Part shown: piece after piece, positions 40,170 to 50,638 of the stretch | Layout: every line of letters begins with the position of its first letter | Numbering within the stretch: the first letter of the stretch is position 1 | NCBI GenBank assembly: GCA_023954715.1 | Contig: JAGSHD010000001.1 | Coordinates: 300,468 to 364,467 of the forward strand | Source of the DNA: Candidatus Cloacimonadota bacterium | Lineage (GTDB): Bacteria > Muiribacteriota > UBA6191 | Length of the DNA: 64,000 nt | Direction: 5' to 3' | Translations under genes and position numbers: made by a program | The notes under the pieces: model-generated | The model's input: the letters and a program-made list of their open reading frames with translations, nothing else | Databases searched by the model: none | What the model was told of the DNA's origin: nothing

Positions 40170-40723
40170 AAAGTCTCCTTGCTTGTAATTTTAAAGTTTT
40201 TGAAAAGTTACTACTTATCTTCAAGTCTTTATAGTTTAAGATTTGAATTGTTTTAGCCTGCTTCTGAGATGTCACCAAAATACTGTTTACTGCATGCTAA
40301 AAGCTATTTGAGGGAGCAGTTTAATAAAAAAGATTAACAAATTCAAAGGTTTTTTTAAATTTTTGTATCCTGTTAGATTTGTTTCTAATATGTAAATCAA
40401 AATTGAAGATTAATTTTTGAATTTATGACATTTTTACAAAAATCATTACAAAGACTTTGCATTTGTCGATAACCCCTTTAAGCAAATTGAACATTTGTAT
40501 AATTTGCTAGTTTGATATTTGAAACCCATTTTTGCAGCAATATTCGAAGTATTTTAGATTCAAATCTCAGGCGTTAATAACAGGTCTTGCTTATGTAAGG
40601 CTTGTTTTTTTTTATCCTTTTCTCAAAACATAAAGTGTTCTCTAAAAAAAACAAAAGACAAATAATCTGCTATTGGGTATATTATAAACAAAATTTCATC
40701 ATTATAAAAAACTAATAAACCAC

Positions 40724-41362
40724 ATGAACAAAATATTTTCACTATACTTATTGATTCTCTCCACGTTCCTTTTAACAGGATGTTTTTCAAAGCCAGACCC
40801 ATCCATCAAACCCAAATTAAATCATGAAGATTCTAAGCCTGAAGCAAGTGTTTTTACTGCGCAAATTTTATACAAAGACTCAAAATTAGTTGAAAGCCTA
40901 CTAGAGATAGAGAAGTCCTTAAAACTTAACCCTAACGACTCTGAAGCAATATTTTTAAAAGCATTAATCTATTTTAAAACTAATAAGTACGCTGAAACTC
41001 ATAAATTATTATCCCAACTCAATGAAAATCAAAAGATGGAGTTAGCCGAATCTTGTATAGAGTTACAAGAGTTGAATAGTCCAAATACTAACAAAGAGTT
41101 AGTTAAAATCTCTAAGAGTTATTTTCCGGATTGTTTGGAGGACTTAGTTCAAAAAGATTATTTGAGTGACCCACTCGATAAGTTTACTAAACAACAAATT
41201 CTTAAACTAGGAAAACTCTATGATCAAGCTATTAGTAAAAGCGATGATGATAATGTCAAAAAAAAGATCGAAGATCAATTCATGAAACAGCACAATTTAA
41301 GCAACGAAGAGTTAAATCATATCACTTCAAATTATCTTGAAGTTTTAGCTGAAGAGCTATAA
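40724..41362 (+). CDS. Hypothetical lipoprotein (TPR-like helical).
   Basis: The signal peptide carries the lipobox LLTGC. Confidence 0.6.
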   Translation: MNKIFSLYLLILSTFLLTGCFSKPDPSIKPKLNHEDSKPEASVFTAQILYKDSKLVESLLEIEKSLKLNPNDSEAIFLKALIYFKTNKYAETHKLLSQLNENQKMELAESCIELQELNSPNTNKELVKISKSYFPDCLEDLVQKDYLSDPLDKFTKQQILKLGKLYDQAISKSDDDNVKKKIEDQFMKQHNLSNEELNHITSNYLEVLAEEL

Positions 41363-41565
41363 TATATAGCTTCTTAGACCTCTTGGTTTATACCAATATA
41401 AACTAAAAACATGATACGTCAGATTACAAGGTTATCTCTCGAAATTTGATAGTATTTAGCCCTAGTTATATCAATTAAAGACATAGCCTTTTAGGAGCTT
41501 TTGACTGCATTCAAGATGACGAAATTTTTTGGTGAAAGCATTATTATATACTGAATATATATAAA

Positions 41566-41596
41566 CCCAATGTTAGTGGGCTTTATATTTTTTATG
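41566..41596. terminator. Weak bidirectional terminator-like hairpin (CCCA..TGGG) with flanking T-runs and A-runs. It lies between convergent genes.
   Basis: A short stem is followed by TTTATATTTTTTA. It is the only candidate in the convergent gap. Confidence 0.3.
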
Positions 41597-41639
41597 ATTC
41601 CAAGCAAAGCGGAGGGATCTCACACAATCCAATGAACTT

Positions 41640-43568
41640 TTATCTCACGCTTTTTAATACTTTTAACAAGTCTTTAGCGTTTACCTTACCGTTGATCTCT
41701 TTTTTCTTAAGAAGCTTTCCTTTAGAATCGTAAAAGATAAAATATGGCATTGCTACACTTTTGTATTTATCTCTCTTAACTTTTGCACCTTTTGATTCTG
41801 CATCAGTACAATCGATATAAGCTACTGAAAAACGAGATAACTCATTTAAAACTTTTGGATCTTTTAAAACCTTTTTCTTGATAATTCTACAAGGAATACA
41901 CCACTTAGCACCAAAATACATGAAGGTAGGTTTTTTAGTCTTTTTAGCATATCTCTTAGCCCGATCATGATCTGTAAAGACCTTGATTTTTTTTGCTTTT
42001 ACGGCTGCTGGAGCACTAGCTACTGTACTAGTAGGAAACATAGCATTCGATTTTGCTAAAATAACAAGACCCCATGCAAACACAACTAATCCAATTGCTT
42101 TAGAAACCTTTTTCCACCATTCATCGTCCCATGATAATTGTACAAAAGCTCCCATCAGTGAACCAGCCACTACTAGATAGAATCCAGTGAACATATCGAT
42201 GGTATAGTCTGCTAAAAACACTTTTGCAAAATAAAATGCCATTCCGATCAATACATAACCCATTATCTGTTTAACTCGAATCATCCACATACCAGATCGC
42301 GGTAAAATGTTTTGAGAGAATACAGCAATAACAATAAACAGCGTACCCATACCCAAACCAAAAGATGCCATTAAGAAAAATCCAAAGATAGGACTATTAG
42401 GGTTTTGTATTAACCAGGTTATAATTGCACCTGCAAAAGGGCCAACACAAGGTGCAGCTACAAAACCCATGGCTGCTCCCATAAAAAATAAGGCTATATA
42501 ATTGTCACCTTCTACAGAGTTTAGTTTTTCTTTAACTGAATACGGTAGATCTAATTCAAAAAAGCCAAACATACTCAATGATAGAGCTAACATCAAAATG
42601 ACAATAGGCCAAACTACAATTGGTTTTGCCATCCATGAGCCTAAATCTTGACCCAACTTTGCAGTTAACAACCCTAATACGGCATAAACTAATACAATTC
42701 CTAATACATAAACTAATGCTTTACTAAATCGTTTGAATAAACTAGAGTTTTCTTCACCAGAAAACAATGAAACTGTAATTGGAATCATCGGGTACACACA
42801 GGGTGTTAATGAAGCCATCAACCCCCATAAAAAGGCCATTATAATCGCCCATAAACCACCTTTTTTTAAAACCTCAGAAAGCTTATCTTTGGACTTCTCT
42901 TTAGATTTACTTTGCTTTGTAACCTTGGGCGTTGTTTTGGTTTCAGAGCTCACTCCTTTTAATGCAGCATTTTGAGCTGGCATTGAGTTTTTAAGAATCC
43001 CTTTGAATGGTTTTTTTTGCAGTTTTTGAAGATGATCTCCGTATTTAATATCATATTCAAAGCTTTTGCTCGTTGGCATCATACAAGAGTCATTTGTACA
43101 AGGCTGATACTCTAGTTTTAATTTTAATTTAGCCTGATTTGATGTAGCCTTTAGCTTAACTACTAAAATGGATTCATTTAACAAAAAATAGCTGGTTAAA
43201 GTTTTTGTACCTATCTTAACCTCATGTTTTTTGGATGGTGATAGAATTTGTTCGATGATTTCAAAACCGGTGGAATCAAGAGTGGCCTTAGTGACTTTTC
43301 CAACTTTCTCTTCAGCCCCATAAATGTGCCATTGCTCATCCATATTAAACTGAAATGCTACATAGAACTCTCTGTTTTGCTCTATGCTAGTATGGCTAAT
43401 CGATGTACTAACCTTAACATATTCTTTTTTGGCGAATGGGGACTGAAATCCTCCAAACGAAATAGACTTACCTTTATCTGGCTGATCTAACTTTAATCCA
43501 ATGGAATAGTGAAATGGAGTAAATAGAGTTAAGAAGCTAATTAATAAGACAATATTTTTAAAGGTCAT
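41640..43568 (-). CDS. dsbD: Thiol:disulfide interchange protein DsbD.
   Basis: There is an N-terminal periplasmic alpha domain with a Cys pair (CTNDSC). The central TM domain has the conserved Cys (TPCVYP, AAPCVGP). The C-terminal thioredoxin fold has WCIPC. Confidence 0.85.
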   Translation of the reverse strand: MTFKNIVLLISFLTLFTPFHYSIGLKLDQPDKGKSISFGGFQSPFAKKEYVKVSTSISHTSIEQNREFYVAFQFNMDEQWHIYGAEEKVGKVTKATLDSTGFEIIEQILSPSKKHEVKIGTKTLTSYFLLNESILVVKLKATSNQAKLKLKLEYQPCTNDSCMMPTSKSFEYDIKYGDHLQKLQKKPFKGILKNSMPAQNAALKGVSSETKTTPKVTKQSKSKEKSKDKLSEVLKKGGLWAIIMAFLWGLMASLTPCVYPMIPITVSLFSGEENSSLFKRFSKALVYVLGIVLVYAVLGLLTAKLGQDLGSWMAKPIVVWPIVILMLALSLSMFGFFELDLPYSVKEKLNSVEGDNYIALFFMGAAMGFVAAPCVGPFAGAIITWLIQNPNSPIFGFFLMASFGLGMGTLFIVIAVFSQNILPRSGMWMIRVKQIMGYVLIGMAFYFAKVFLADYTIDMFTGFYLVVAGSLMGAFVQLSWDDEWWKKVSKAIGLVVFAWGLVILAKSNAMFPTSTVASAPAAVKAKKIKVFTDHDRAKRYAKKTKKPTFMYFGAKWCIPCRIIKKKVLKDPKVLNELSRFSVAYIDCTDAESKGAKVKRDKYKSVAMPYFIFYDSKGKLLKKKEINGKVNAKDLLKVLKSVR

Positions 43569-44011
43569 GAACTTATCCAGTTGTAGTTTGTTATTTTAGT
43601 AATGTATTTCTTAGTGTTAAAACAGTTTTGAAACTTACAAATTAATATTACTCCAAGTACATTCAATGAGCAATGGAATCTATGTGAAAAATATAGACAT
43701 TATAACCTCTGTTTCGCTATAGAACATCTTTGTTATTTGCTTCAAAATTAGCTAATCTTGCCGCTATTTCAAAAAAAGACGTCTAGAAATAGTACGGGTA
43801 TATTCCCAAATACAATAGATTTTACTGTATTTAGGCTCTATTCATCCAGTTCAAAACAATGTTTTGGTAAAAACATAAAAGTAATTGTGATTGAGTATAT
43901 ATTCGAAAGACATTTAATGTACTAAGTTTGCTAATTCTTATTTTCAGTCTTTGCTCTCGCTTCAGTACTTTTAAATATATAATTCATATTCTTATGAACA
44001 AAGAAGGTACT

Positions 44012-44974
44012 ATGTCTCACGCCTATGCTCAAAAGTTTGCAGAAAATCTGTCAAAGATACCAAATAAAGTAGTTCTTACATCTCATCTCAACCCAGACGG
44101 AGATGGCCTTGGAAGCATGTATGCTATGGGTGAAGCCTTAGAAAGCATAGGTAAAACAGTATTTTATATACTCCAAGAACCTGTTCAACCTTATTACAAC
44201 TTTTTAGAAATCCATAACAGACTACAGTACAGTTTAGATGAACTACCAGAAAACTACGGCATCATCTCTTTTGATTGTGGATCTATTGATCGATTGTCCT
44301 TACCAAAAGAAATTATAGATAATGCTAGTATTTTAATTAATTTGGATCATCATTTGAGCAATACAAACTTTGGCGATATAAACATTGTACAAATCGACGA
44401 AGTCTCATCAACATCTGTTGTTTTTCAATGTCTAAAAGCTGTAGATATCAAAGTTAGTAAAAATATGGCTTCTAACTTGTATCTTGGATTAGTTTTTGAT
44501 ACGGGTAGATTTTCGTACTCTCCATTACCTGAAACCTTTTCATTTGCATCGGAGCTCCTAGCTCTAGGCGCAGATCATTGGACTGTATATTCAGCACTAT
44601 ATCGACATAATGACTTTGACCACTATAAAACTGTCGCTGATGTTACTAAAAGCATGACTAATATGTATGACGGTCAATTGGTTATTTTAGATGTGGGTGA
44701 AGACAAAAAAGATCGAATCATCTTAGAAGAAGTAGAGGGATTGATTAATCGAATCTCTAACATCGCTGAACTTGAAATCGTTGTTGCTTTTATATATGAA
44801 AGCGCTACAGCAACAAAACTAAGTTTTCGATCTAGAGGGAATTTTAATGTATGTGATACAGCAACAGAATTTGGTGGAGGCGGTCACAAATGTGCATCCG
44901 GTGCCACAATACAATTACCCTATGACCAAGCCCGAGAAACAGTATTAGCATCCCTAGCTAAAAACTTTATATAA
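44012..44974 (+). CDS. nrnA: DHH-family phosphoesterase NrnA (bifunctional oligoribonuclease / pAp phosphatase).
   Basis: It has the DHH motifs HLNPDGDGLGS and NLDHH, and the DHHA1 motif GGGGH. The start is chosen at the ATG at 44012 after GAAGG. Upstream in-frame ATGs lack an SD. Confidence 0.8.
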   Translation: MSHAYAQKFAENLSKIPNKVVLTSHLNPDGDGLGSMYAMGEALESIGKTVFYILQEPVQPYYNFLEIHNRLQYSLDELPENYGIISFDCGSIDRLSLPKEIIDNASILINLDHHLSNTNFGDINIVQIDEVSSTSVVFQCLKAVDIKVSKNMASNLYLGLVFDTGRFSYSPLPETFSFASELLALGADHWTVYSALYRHNDFDHYKTVADVTKSMTNMYDGQLVILDVGEDKKDRIILEEVEGLINRISNIAELEIVVAFIYESATATKLSFRSRGNFNVCDTATEFGGGGHKCASGATIQLPYDQARETVLASLAKNFI

Positions 44975-45102
44975 AGTATCTTTTATTTTATCCATAAGTC
45001 TATTATAGATCCTACCAATCGGGGGAGCTATGGTTTTTCATTGAAACATTATATGTTAAAACACGTAATACAATATATACATATTTATTTTGAAAGCTGC
45101 CC

Positions 45103-45834
45103 ATGAAACTTCTCATTTTTCTCTTTTTATTTACAACGTCCTCAAACTTTTCTGAAGACAATTTTTTTGGAGATATTAATCAATATTCTGTTGCAAATGA
45201 AGTAGTTGAAAACCACAATATTGAAAAGCTTTTATATAAAGTTGATTTTTCAAAATACAAAGCTGGTAATGCTACAAAAACTTTAAAAAAACTTGGTTTC
45301 ATTTTTAAAATGGATGCCAAAAAGATGAACCCCACCTTCAAAAACTCTCGATTATATATTGGGGATGACACCGGTCATGTTGCATTTTATGTTAAAGAGT
45401 ATCTATACGGTAAGGCCACTCGCTTAAAAATCACTTGGGGTGTGGATCAATTTACAAGCAATGAAAGCTGGGAACAAGGTAAACAAAGTAACGCCATCGG
45501 TTTAGCTGTAAGTTTTGGACTCGAAAAAGTTTCTAGTGGAACCTGGTACGTTCCCAACATGCCTCGCTTTATCGGTTATTTTATTAGTAAAACAGCTAAA
45601 ATTAGAAAAACCTATGTTGGAGAGCATTTTAAATTAGGCGGAAAGCTTGTTTGTATCTCTAATAGTGCTCAAGAAGTAGAGTCCGATATAGACTTAGTAC
45701 AAGATTTTAACTGGCAGTTTCCAGATAAAGAGTATATGCCTGTCAGTGGTTTTTCCATTCAAGCCAATACCAAGGGTTCTAAAGCAACATCAGCGTATAT
45801 AAAGAGTATAGCTTTTTATGGCACCCAAGACTAA
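45103..45834 (+). CDS. Hypothetical secreted protein.
   Basis: A signal peptide (MKLLIFLFLFTTSS) is present. There is no family assignment. Confidence 0.5.
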   Translation: MKLLIFLFLFTTSSNFSEDNFFGDINQYSVANEVVENHNIEKLLYKVDFSKYKAGNATKTLKKLGFIFKMDAKKMNPTFKNSRLYIGDDTGHVAFYVKEYLYGKATRLKITWGVDQFTSNESWEQGKQSNAIGLAVSFGLEKVSSGTWYVPNMPRFIGYFISKTAKIRKTYVGEHFKLGGKLVCISNSAQEVESDIDLVQDFNWQFPDKEYMPVSGFSIQANTKGSKATSAYIKSIAFYGTQD

Positions 45835-46483
45835 AGATTTGAAACTATGCTTTATCCCTGGATACGCTTGTAGTGGGGATATATTTTCTGAAATTTCTCG
45901 ACTCTTCCCTAGCTCTTTTATTGTAGATTATCCATTATCATCCATGGGTAAAATAGATACTATGGATAAACTATGTGAGCTTGTTTTACAAAAGTATCAG
46001 GATCAACTTATTGATTGTGATGCCATCATTGGCCATAGTCTTGGTGGTGGCGTAGCCATGCAACTATCATTATCTCCCAAGTTTAAGCTTAAAAAAATTG
46101 TACTCTTAGATTATTTTTTGGACACTCCTCCACCATTTTTCAGAAACTATTGTTCAGATCAAACCTCAAGTCAAATCCACCAACAAGTTAAAACAATGCT
46201 AAGCTCTTTAAAACCTCATTTCAACATAGCTGTTACAAGCTCTGGAGATGACTACTCTTATGACTTTCTAAAAAGACGTCATCAGATAAATCAAGAAAAA
46301 TTAATTGCTATCTATGGTATGCGATCAGAAAAGGATCCTATGATAGTCAAAAAGCACTTAAACTACACTAATGATTTTGATCGTTTCATTGATTTTTATT
46401 TCATTGAACAATCTGCTCACTTTCCCATGTTAGAAAACCCTAGTGACTTACATAAACTATTGTTACAAACTCTTATCTGTTAA
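45818..46483 (+). CDS. Alpha/beta-hydrolase fold protein (esterase/thioesterase-like).
   Basis: The nucleophile elbow GHSLGGGVA is present. The C-terminal motifs ENPSD and H are consistent with a catalytic triad. The gene overlaps the upstream gene by 17 nt. Confidence 0.65.
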   Translation: MAPKTKDLKLCFIPGYACSGDIFSEISRLFPSSFIVDYPLSSMGKIDTMDKLCELVLQKYQDQLIDCDAIIGHSLGGGVAMQLSLSPKFKLKKIVLLDYFLDTPPPFFRNYCSDQTSSQIHQQVKTMLSSLKPHFNIAVTSSGDDYSYDFLKRRHQINQEKLIAIYGMRSEKDPMIVKKHLNYTNDFDRFIDFYFIEQSAHFPMLENPSDLHKLLLQTLIC

Positions 46484-46543
46484 CTATATTTCTATCTAAA
46501 TTTTATTTATAGTTACAAAAGTTTACTGTATGATGTTGACTAA

Positions 46544-47092
46544 ATGATCAAATATAGTTTTTTATTTATAGGGGTTTCTGTAGCTCTTTTTTGCCTATTT
46601 TTCATATCCAATATTTTAAATATAGGCCTTAGTTTCCTATTTGGTTTGGGATTTTTGTGTGGATGGCTTGCTGTCATACTTTTAGCAATAGTTTCTCAAC
46701 TTGGAGGAATCAGTGACAAGCTTTTTTCAACTAGCTTTTACATCATAATTTGGATAAGTGTTCTGAAGACTTTAGCATTGTATGTTGGAGCCTGTTTCTG
46801 GTCTGACTTAAAATATGACATAGAAACTCAATATACACCTGTTGTTAACGCTCTAGCCAAATATAGAAAAGAACATAAAACCCTTCCGAAAAATTTAAAT
46901 TTATTGGTTCCATCTCATTTAGACTATATACCCTCAATTCAAAACTCCCCATTTACAGAAGAGACGGCAACTCTACACTATAGTACATTCAAATTTGATG
47001 ACTCTTCACAAGAAGAGTTTACTTTAATGTATGAGTATGATGTAGATCGTTTTATTGAATACAACTCCTCTACCAACTATTGGTATCAGTAA
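46544..47092 (+). CDS. Hypothetical membrane protein.
   Basis: It has three N-terminal TM helices followed by a soluble C-terminal half. Confidence 0.45.
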   Translation: MIKYSFLFIGVSVALFCLFFISNILNIGLSFLFGLGFLCGWLAVILLAIVSQLGGISDKLFSTSFYIIIWISVLKTLALYVGACFWSDLKYDIETQYTPVVNALAKYRKEHKTLPKNLNLLVPSHLDYIPSIQNSPFTEETATLHYSTFKFDDSSQEEFTLMYEYDVDRFIEYNSSTNYWYQ

Positions 47093-47218
47093 ATCTAATT
47101 TGAAAGTTTTCTAATATAAATCTAGTCGCCCATTGAAATCTAAAAATGAGTCCTTTATTATCAAAATCATAATACCAGTCAAAATTAGACTTTTCTCACA
47201 CTTCAATAAGGACTTACC

Positions 47219-47851
47219 ATGATTCAAAATATTATTAAACTTCATTTGCTTTTTGCATTATTTCTTTTTAATGCTCAAGCTTCTCAACAAGTATTTTCAG
47301 AGGACTCTACTAAGATTACTCCTGTTTTACTAGGGCATCAAACAAGTAATTTGACGGCAGTAGATGAAAACAATGTAAACATCGATATTAGTAAATTAAC
47401 TTCAAAAAAACCTACTGTACTGGTTTTTTATCGAGGTGGTTGGTGTCCTTATTGCAATCGTCATCTAGGCGAACTCCAAAAAGTAAACAAAGAAGTTGAT
47501 AAACTAGGATTTCAAATTATCGCTGTAAGTCCCGATCAACCTTCTGTTGCTAAAAAACACAATGCAGAAAACAAACATAAATATCTTACCCTCTCTGACA
47601 GTAATTTAAATCTAGCCAAACAATTTGGTATCGTGTTTAAAGTTAACGATGCTTTATTTACGAAATACAAAAACCAATATGGAATCGACCTAGAAGCCAA
47701 CTCTGGACAAAAACATCATCTTTTACCTGTACCTTCAGTATTTTTGATCGATACAGATGGAAAGATAAAGTTTTCGTATGTAAATGTGGATTATAAAGTT
47801 AGATTGAATTCGACAGTCCTATTAAGCGCAATTGAGAGTCTTGCAAAGTAA
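47219..47851 (+). CDS. Secreted thioredoxin-fold redoxin (AhpC/TSA-peroxiredoxin-like), motif WCPYC.
   Basis: It has a signal peptide and the motif FYRGGWCPYCNRHLGEL. AAGGA lies 6 nt upstream. Confidence 0.75.
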   Translation: MIQNIIKLHLLFALFLFNAQASQQVFSEDSTKITPVLLGHQTSNLTAVDENNVNIDISKLTSKKPTVLVFYRGGWCPYCNRHLGELQKVNKEVDKLGFQIIAVSPDQPSVAKKHNAENKHKYLTLSDSNLNLAKQFGIVFKVNDALFTKYKNQYGIDLEANSGQKHHLLPVPSVFLIDTDGKIKFSYVNVDYKVRLNSTVLLSAIESLAK

Positions 47852-48082
47852 ATTACTAAGTCGTCAACTATTTGCTTTTAGCCCATAAAATATACGACTT
47901 AGATATCATTGTTACCACAATTCAAAATGTCAAAAAGCATTTGCATTTGAGTATAGAAATCTAAACTATATTACTATATAATAGACTAAATTTAACCCTA
48001 ATTTTGGCTCTGTTCTATTGAGCTAAACAAATATTTTACTTTAAAAAAATCAGTAAAATACTACGGACTAACTGGAGACTAT

Positions 48083-48967
48083 ATGAACCTAGAAACCCTA
48101 GAAGAGTCACTACTCGAACTGATTCGAGTCACCTCAAGTACATTGCCTGAAGATGTCGTTCGAGCTGTAAACAAACAACATGACGTAGAAGAAGAAGGTA
48201 GTAATGCTAAATATGCCCTTTCGGTAATTAAGCAAAATGTTGATTTAGCCAAAGAGAAATCTGCTCCTTTGTGTCAAGACACTGGGACTAACTTATATTT
48301 TATTAACTGTCCTCAAAGCTTTCCACAATTAGATTTCATTAAAGCCGCTGAAAGTGCAACTATCGAAGCAACAAAATTAGGTTATTTACGACAAAACTCT
48401 GTTAATAGTTTAACAGGTAAAAATACGGGTAATAATCTTGGTAAGGGTGCCCCTTGTTTCCATTTTCACGTATGGGAGCAAGAACACACAGAAGTCCGCT
48501 TTATGATGAAAGGTGGGGGATGCGAAAATGTTGGAGCACAATACTCGTTACCACACACTGGTTTAGATGCTGGTCGAGATTTAGAAGGTGTTAGAAAATG
48601 TATCCTAGATGCTGTAATTCAAGCTCAAGGTAAAGGATGTGGACCTGGTATTTTAGGTGTATGCATCGGAGGAGATAGAGGCTCTGGCTATATCAACTCT
48701 AAAGAGCAATTTCTTAGAAAACTCGATGATACCAATTCTGACGAGACACTAAAAGATCTTGAAGAAACAATCATGGATCAAGCCAATCAACTTGGCATAG
48801 GACCAATGGGATTTGGTGGAAAAACCACACTACTTGGTTGTAAGATCGATCATATCAATCGAGTTCCTGCTAGCTACTTTGTATCGGTATCTTATATGTG
48901 TTGGGCCTTTAGAAGACAAGGTATCAGTTTAGATATAGATAATAAAATAGATCAGTTTCTCTACTAA
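48083..48967 (+). CDS. Class I (Fe-S) fumarate hydratase / L(+)-tartrate dehydratase alpha subunit.
   Basis: It has the CQDTGT motif and the Cys ligands typical of the two-subunit Fe-S hydro-lyase alpha chain. GGAG is the RBS. Confidence 0.85.
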   Translation: MNLETLEESLLELIRVTSSTLPEDVVRAVNKQHDVEEEGSNAKYALSVIKQNVDLAKEKSAPLCQDTGTNLYFINCPQSFPQLDFIKAAESATIEATKLGYLRQNSVNSLTGKNTGNNLGKGAPCFHFHVWEQEHTEVRFMMKGGGCENVGAQYSLPHTGLDAGRDLEGVRKCILDAVIQAQGKGCGPGILGVCIGGDRGSGYINSKEQFLRKLDDTNSDETLKDLEETIMDQANQLGIGPMGFGGKTTLLGCKIDHINRVPASYFVSVSYMCWAFRRQGISLDIDNKIDQFLY

Positions 48968-48981
48968 TAAAGGACTAAATA

Positions 48982-49560
48982 ATGATTGAATTAACATACC
49001 CATATACAGAAGAAGAAGTCAGAAAACTCAAAGTTGGTGATACAGTGGAGTTAACTGGTTTGTTATATACCGGTAGAGATGCTGTGCACAAATACTTACA
49101 TGATGGTGGTAAACCTCCTGTAGACTTTACTGATGCCATAATTTATCACTGCGGGCCTGTAGTCGTAGAAGAAGACGGTAAATTTATTGTCAAAGCAGCT
49201 GGCCCTACTACGTCTATTAGAGAGGAGCCATACCAAGGCGATATCATGAAACAATATGGTATCCGTGGTGTGATTGGCAAAGGTGGAATGGGACCTAAAA
49301 CATTAGCAGCTTTAAAAGAAATCGGTGGATGCTACTTTCATGCTATCGGTGGAGCCGCTCAAGTATTAGCCCAACGAATAGACAATGTATCCAACGTATA
49401 TATGAAAGAAGAGTTAGGTTCACCAGAAGCCATCTGGGAAATGCATGTTGTAAAGTTTCCAGTAGTGGTAACGATGGACTCTCACGGCAATAGTCTACAC
49501 CAAAAAATCTCAGATCAATCCAAAGAAAACTTAAAAAACTTATGCAAGGATGATATCTAA
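48982..49560 (+). CDS. Class I fumarate hydratase / tartrate dehydratase beta subunit.
   Basis: It has the GKGGMG motif. The 192-aa size matches the beta chain, which corresponds to the C-terminal domain of single-chain FumA. Confidence 0.85.
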   Translation: MIELTYPYTEEEVRKLKVGDTVELTGLLYTGRDAVHKYLHDGGKPPVDFTDAIIYHCGPVVVEEDGKFIVKAAGPTTSIREEPYQGDIMKQYGIRGVIGKGGMGPKTLAALKEIGGCYFHAIGGAAQVLAQRIDNVSNVYMKEELGSPEAIWEMHVVKFPVVVTMDSHGNSLHQKISDQSKENLKNLCKDDI

Positions 49561-49814
49561 TGCATTACCAATGTTCTTGTAAAGACTACTGTTTATTTCA
49601 CGAGTTTGTTAGCTACCTACTCCACTACGAAATACCCTTCCATTTTTTGTATAACCATCATCTAAATCACGACAATATCCGTATGGACTATAATGGTAAA
49701 GATCTAGAGGTATCCATAGTACATCTAAGACGAAAACCCCACAGTATGTCCTGGAAAGAATACTTCTTAGTGCTCCTAAAAAAGCAAAGAGAAACAATAG
49801 TATTAAACTACTAA
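49560..49814 (+). CDS. Small His/Tyr-rich hypothetical protein (84 aa) overlapping the fumarase beta stop.
   Basis: A TAATG-type 1-nt overlap with the upstream stop is present, and the ORF is followed immediately by a strong terminator. There is no homology-based support. Confidence 0.3.
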   Translation: MHYQCSCKDYCLFHEFVSYLLHYEIPFHFLYNHHLNHDNIRMDYNGKDLEVSIVHLRRKPHSMSWKEYFLVLLKKQRETIVLNY

Positions 49815-49853
49815 ACTAAAGCCCCTTACAGTATCACTGTGAGGGGCTTTTAC
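49815..49853 (+). terminator. Rho-independent terminator with a long hairpin, AAAGCCCC TTACAGT atc ACTGTGA GGGGCTTT.
   Basis: It has a 15-bp stem with one U-G wobble, followed by TACTTT. Confidence 0.7.
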
Positions 49854-49859
49854 TTTGCC

Positions 49860-50399
49860 ATGCTTTTAAACAAAAAACTCATTCAACATCTTGAAGATCG
49901 ACCACCTAGTCGTTATCTTTCTACTTCTCTTGAAATGAACCATCTCATCATTACGATAAAAAGTGATCGAGGTGCGCCTCTTAGTGAAAGCTCTACTGGT
50001 TTAATTCTATTTGGAGCTATAATAGCTCTTATTGTATCAATAACAAATGACTTGAATATAGACCCTGTGTTTGTATCTTTTATATTCATTGTCTTTATTT
50101 TAAGCTTAAAACGATCACTCGAACCATATCATGAGTTGTTAAAAGTAAAACAAGATCATATTAGTCATGATTTGGGTAAGTTAGTCCCTACAGGTCCCCA
50201 TAGAAACCGTTTTCCATTTTACAGAAGAAAAGTAAACTCTAAGTTAAATGAGGTTAGCAATTTACAGTTAACAGATGGAAATATTATTTGTGATTTCAAA
50301 CACCACTCTCGAAATATAGCTAGGATGCTATCAGAAAAAGACAAGATTTGGATTTTTGAATGTCTCAATATCCTAGTTAAGACCCAAAACCAAAGTTAA
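49860..50399 (+). CDS. Hypothetical protein with one TM segment.
   Basis: The ORF begins inside or just after the terminator. An ATG lies at 49860 and there is no RBS. Coding status is uncertain. Confidence 0.3.
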   Translation: MLLNKKLIQHLEDRPPSRYLSTSLEMNHLIITIKSDRGAPLSESSTGLILFGAIIALIVSITNDLNIDPVFVSFIFIVFILSLKRSLEPYHELLKVKQDHISHDLGKLVPTGPHRNRFPFYRRKVNSKLNEVSNLQLTDGNIICDFKHHSRNIARMLSEKDKIWIFECLNILVKTQNQS

Positions 50400-50457
50400 A
50401 GCAAATTACCTTACAGCAATAAAAAAGTTACCCAAAAGTCAACTCTCAGAAAACCAA

Positions 50458-50638
50458 GAAATCCAAGATTTCTAACCAAGCCGACAAAGCAAGAAATCAA
50501 AGATTTCAAGCCAAAAAAAACCAAACCACCAGCAATTTTTAAAGTAATAAGCCCTTAAAAAATAATTTTTAAGGGCTTATTACTTTAAAAGAGCGACCAA
50601 AAAAAAATCCCAAAAAATCAAAGATTTTGAGGGATTTT
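50458..50638. repeat. Array of three 15-bp palindromes in an A/C-rich convergent intergenic region. They are GAAATCcAAGATTTC (50458-50472), GAAATCaAAGATTTC (50493-50507) and AAAATCaAAGATTTT (50614-50628). The third is nested in a 36-bp extended palindrome, 50603-50638.
   Basis: Read directly from the sequence. There is no obvious coding context. Confidence 0.5.
50547..50579. terminator. Perfect 14-bp hairpin TAAGCCCTTAAAAA / TTTTTAAGGGCTTA with loop ATAAT, in a convergent gap. It is probably a bidirectional terminator.
   Basis: The stem is perfect. U-rich flanks are modest on both strands. It lies about 150 nt from the plus-strand gene end and about 180 nt from the sucD stop. Confidence 0.5.
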
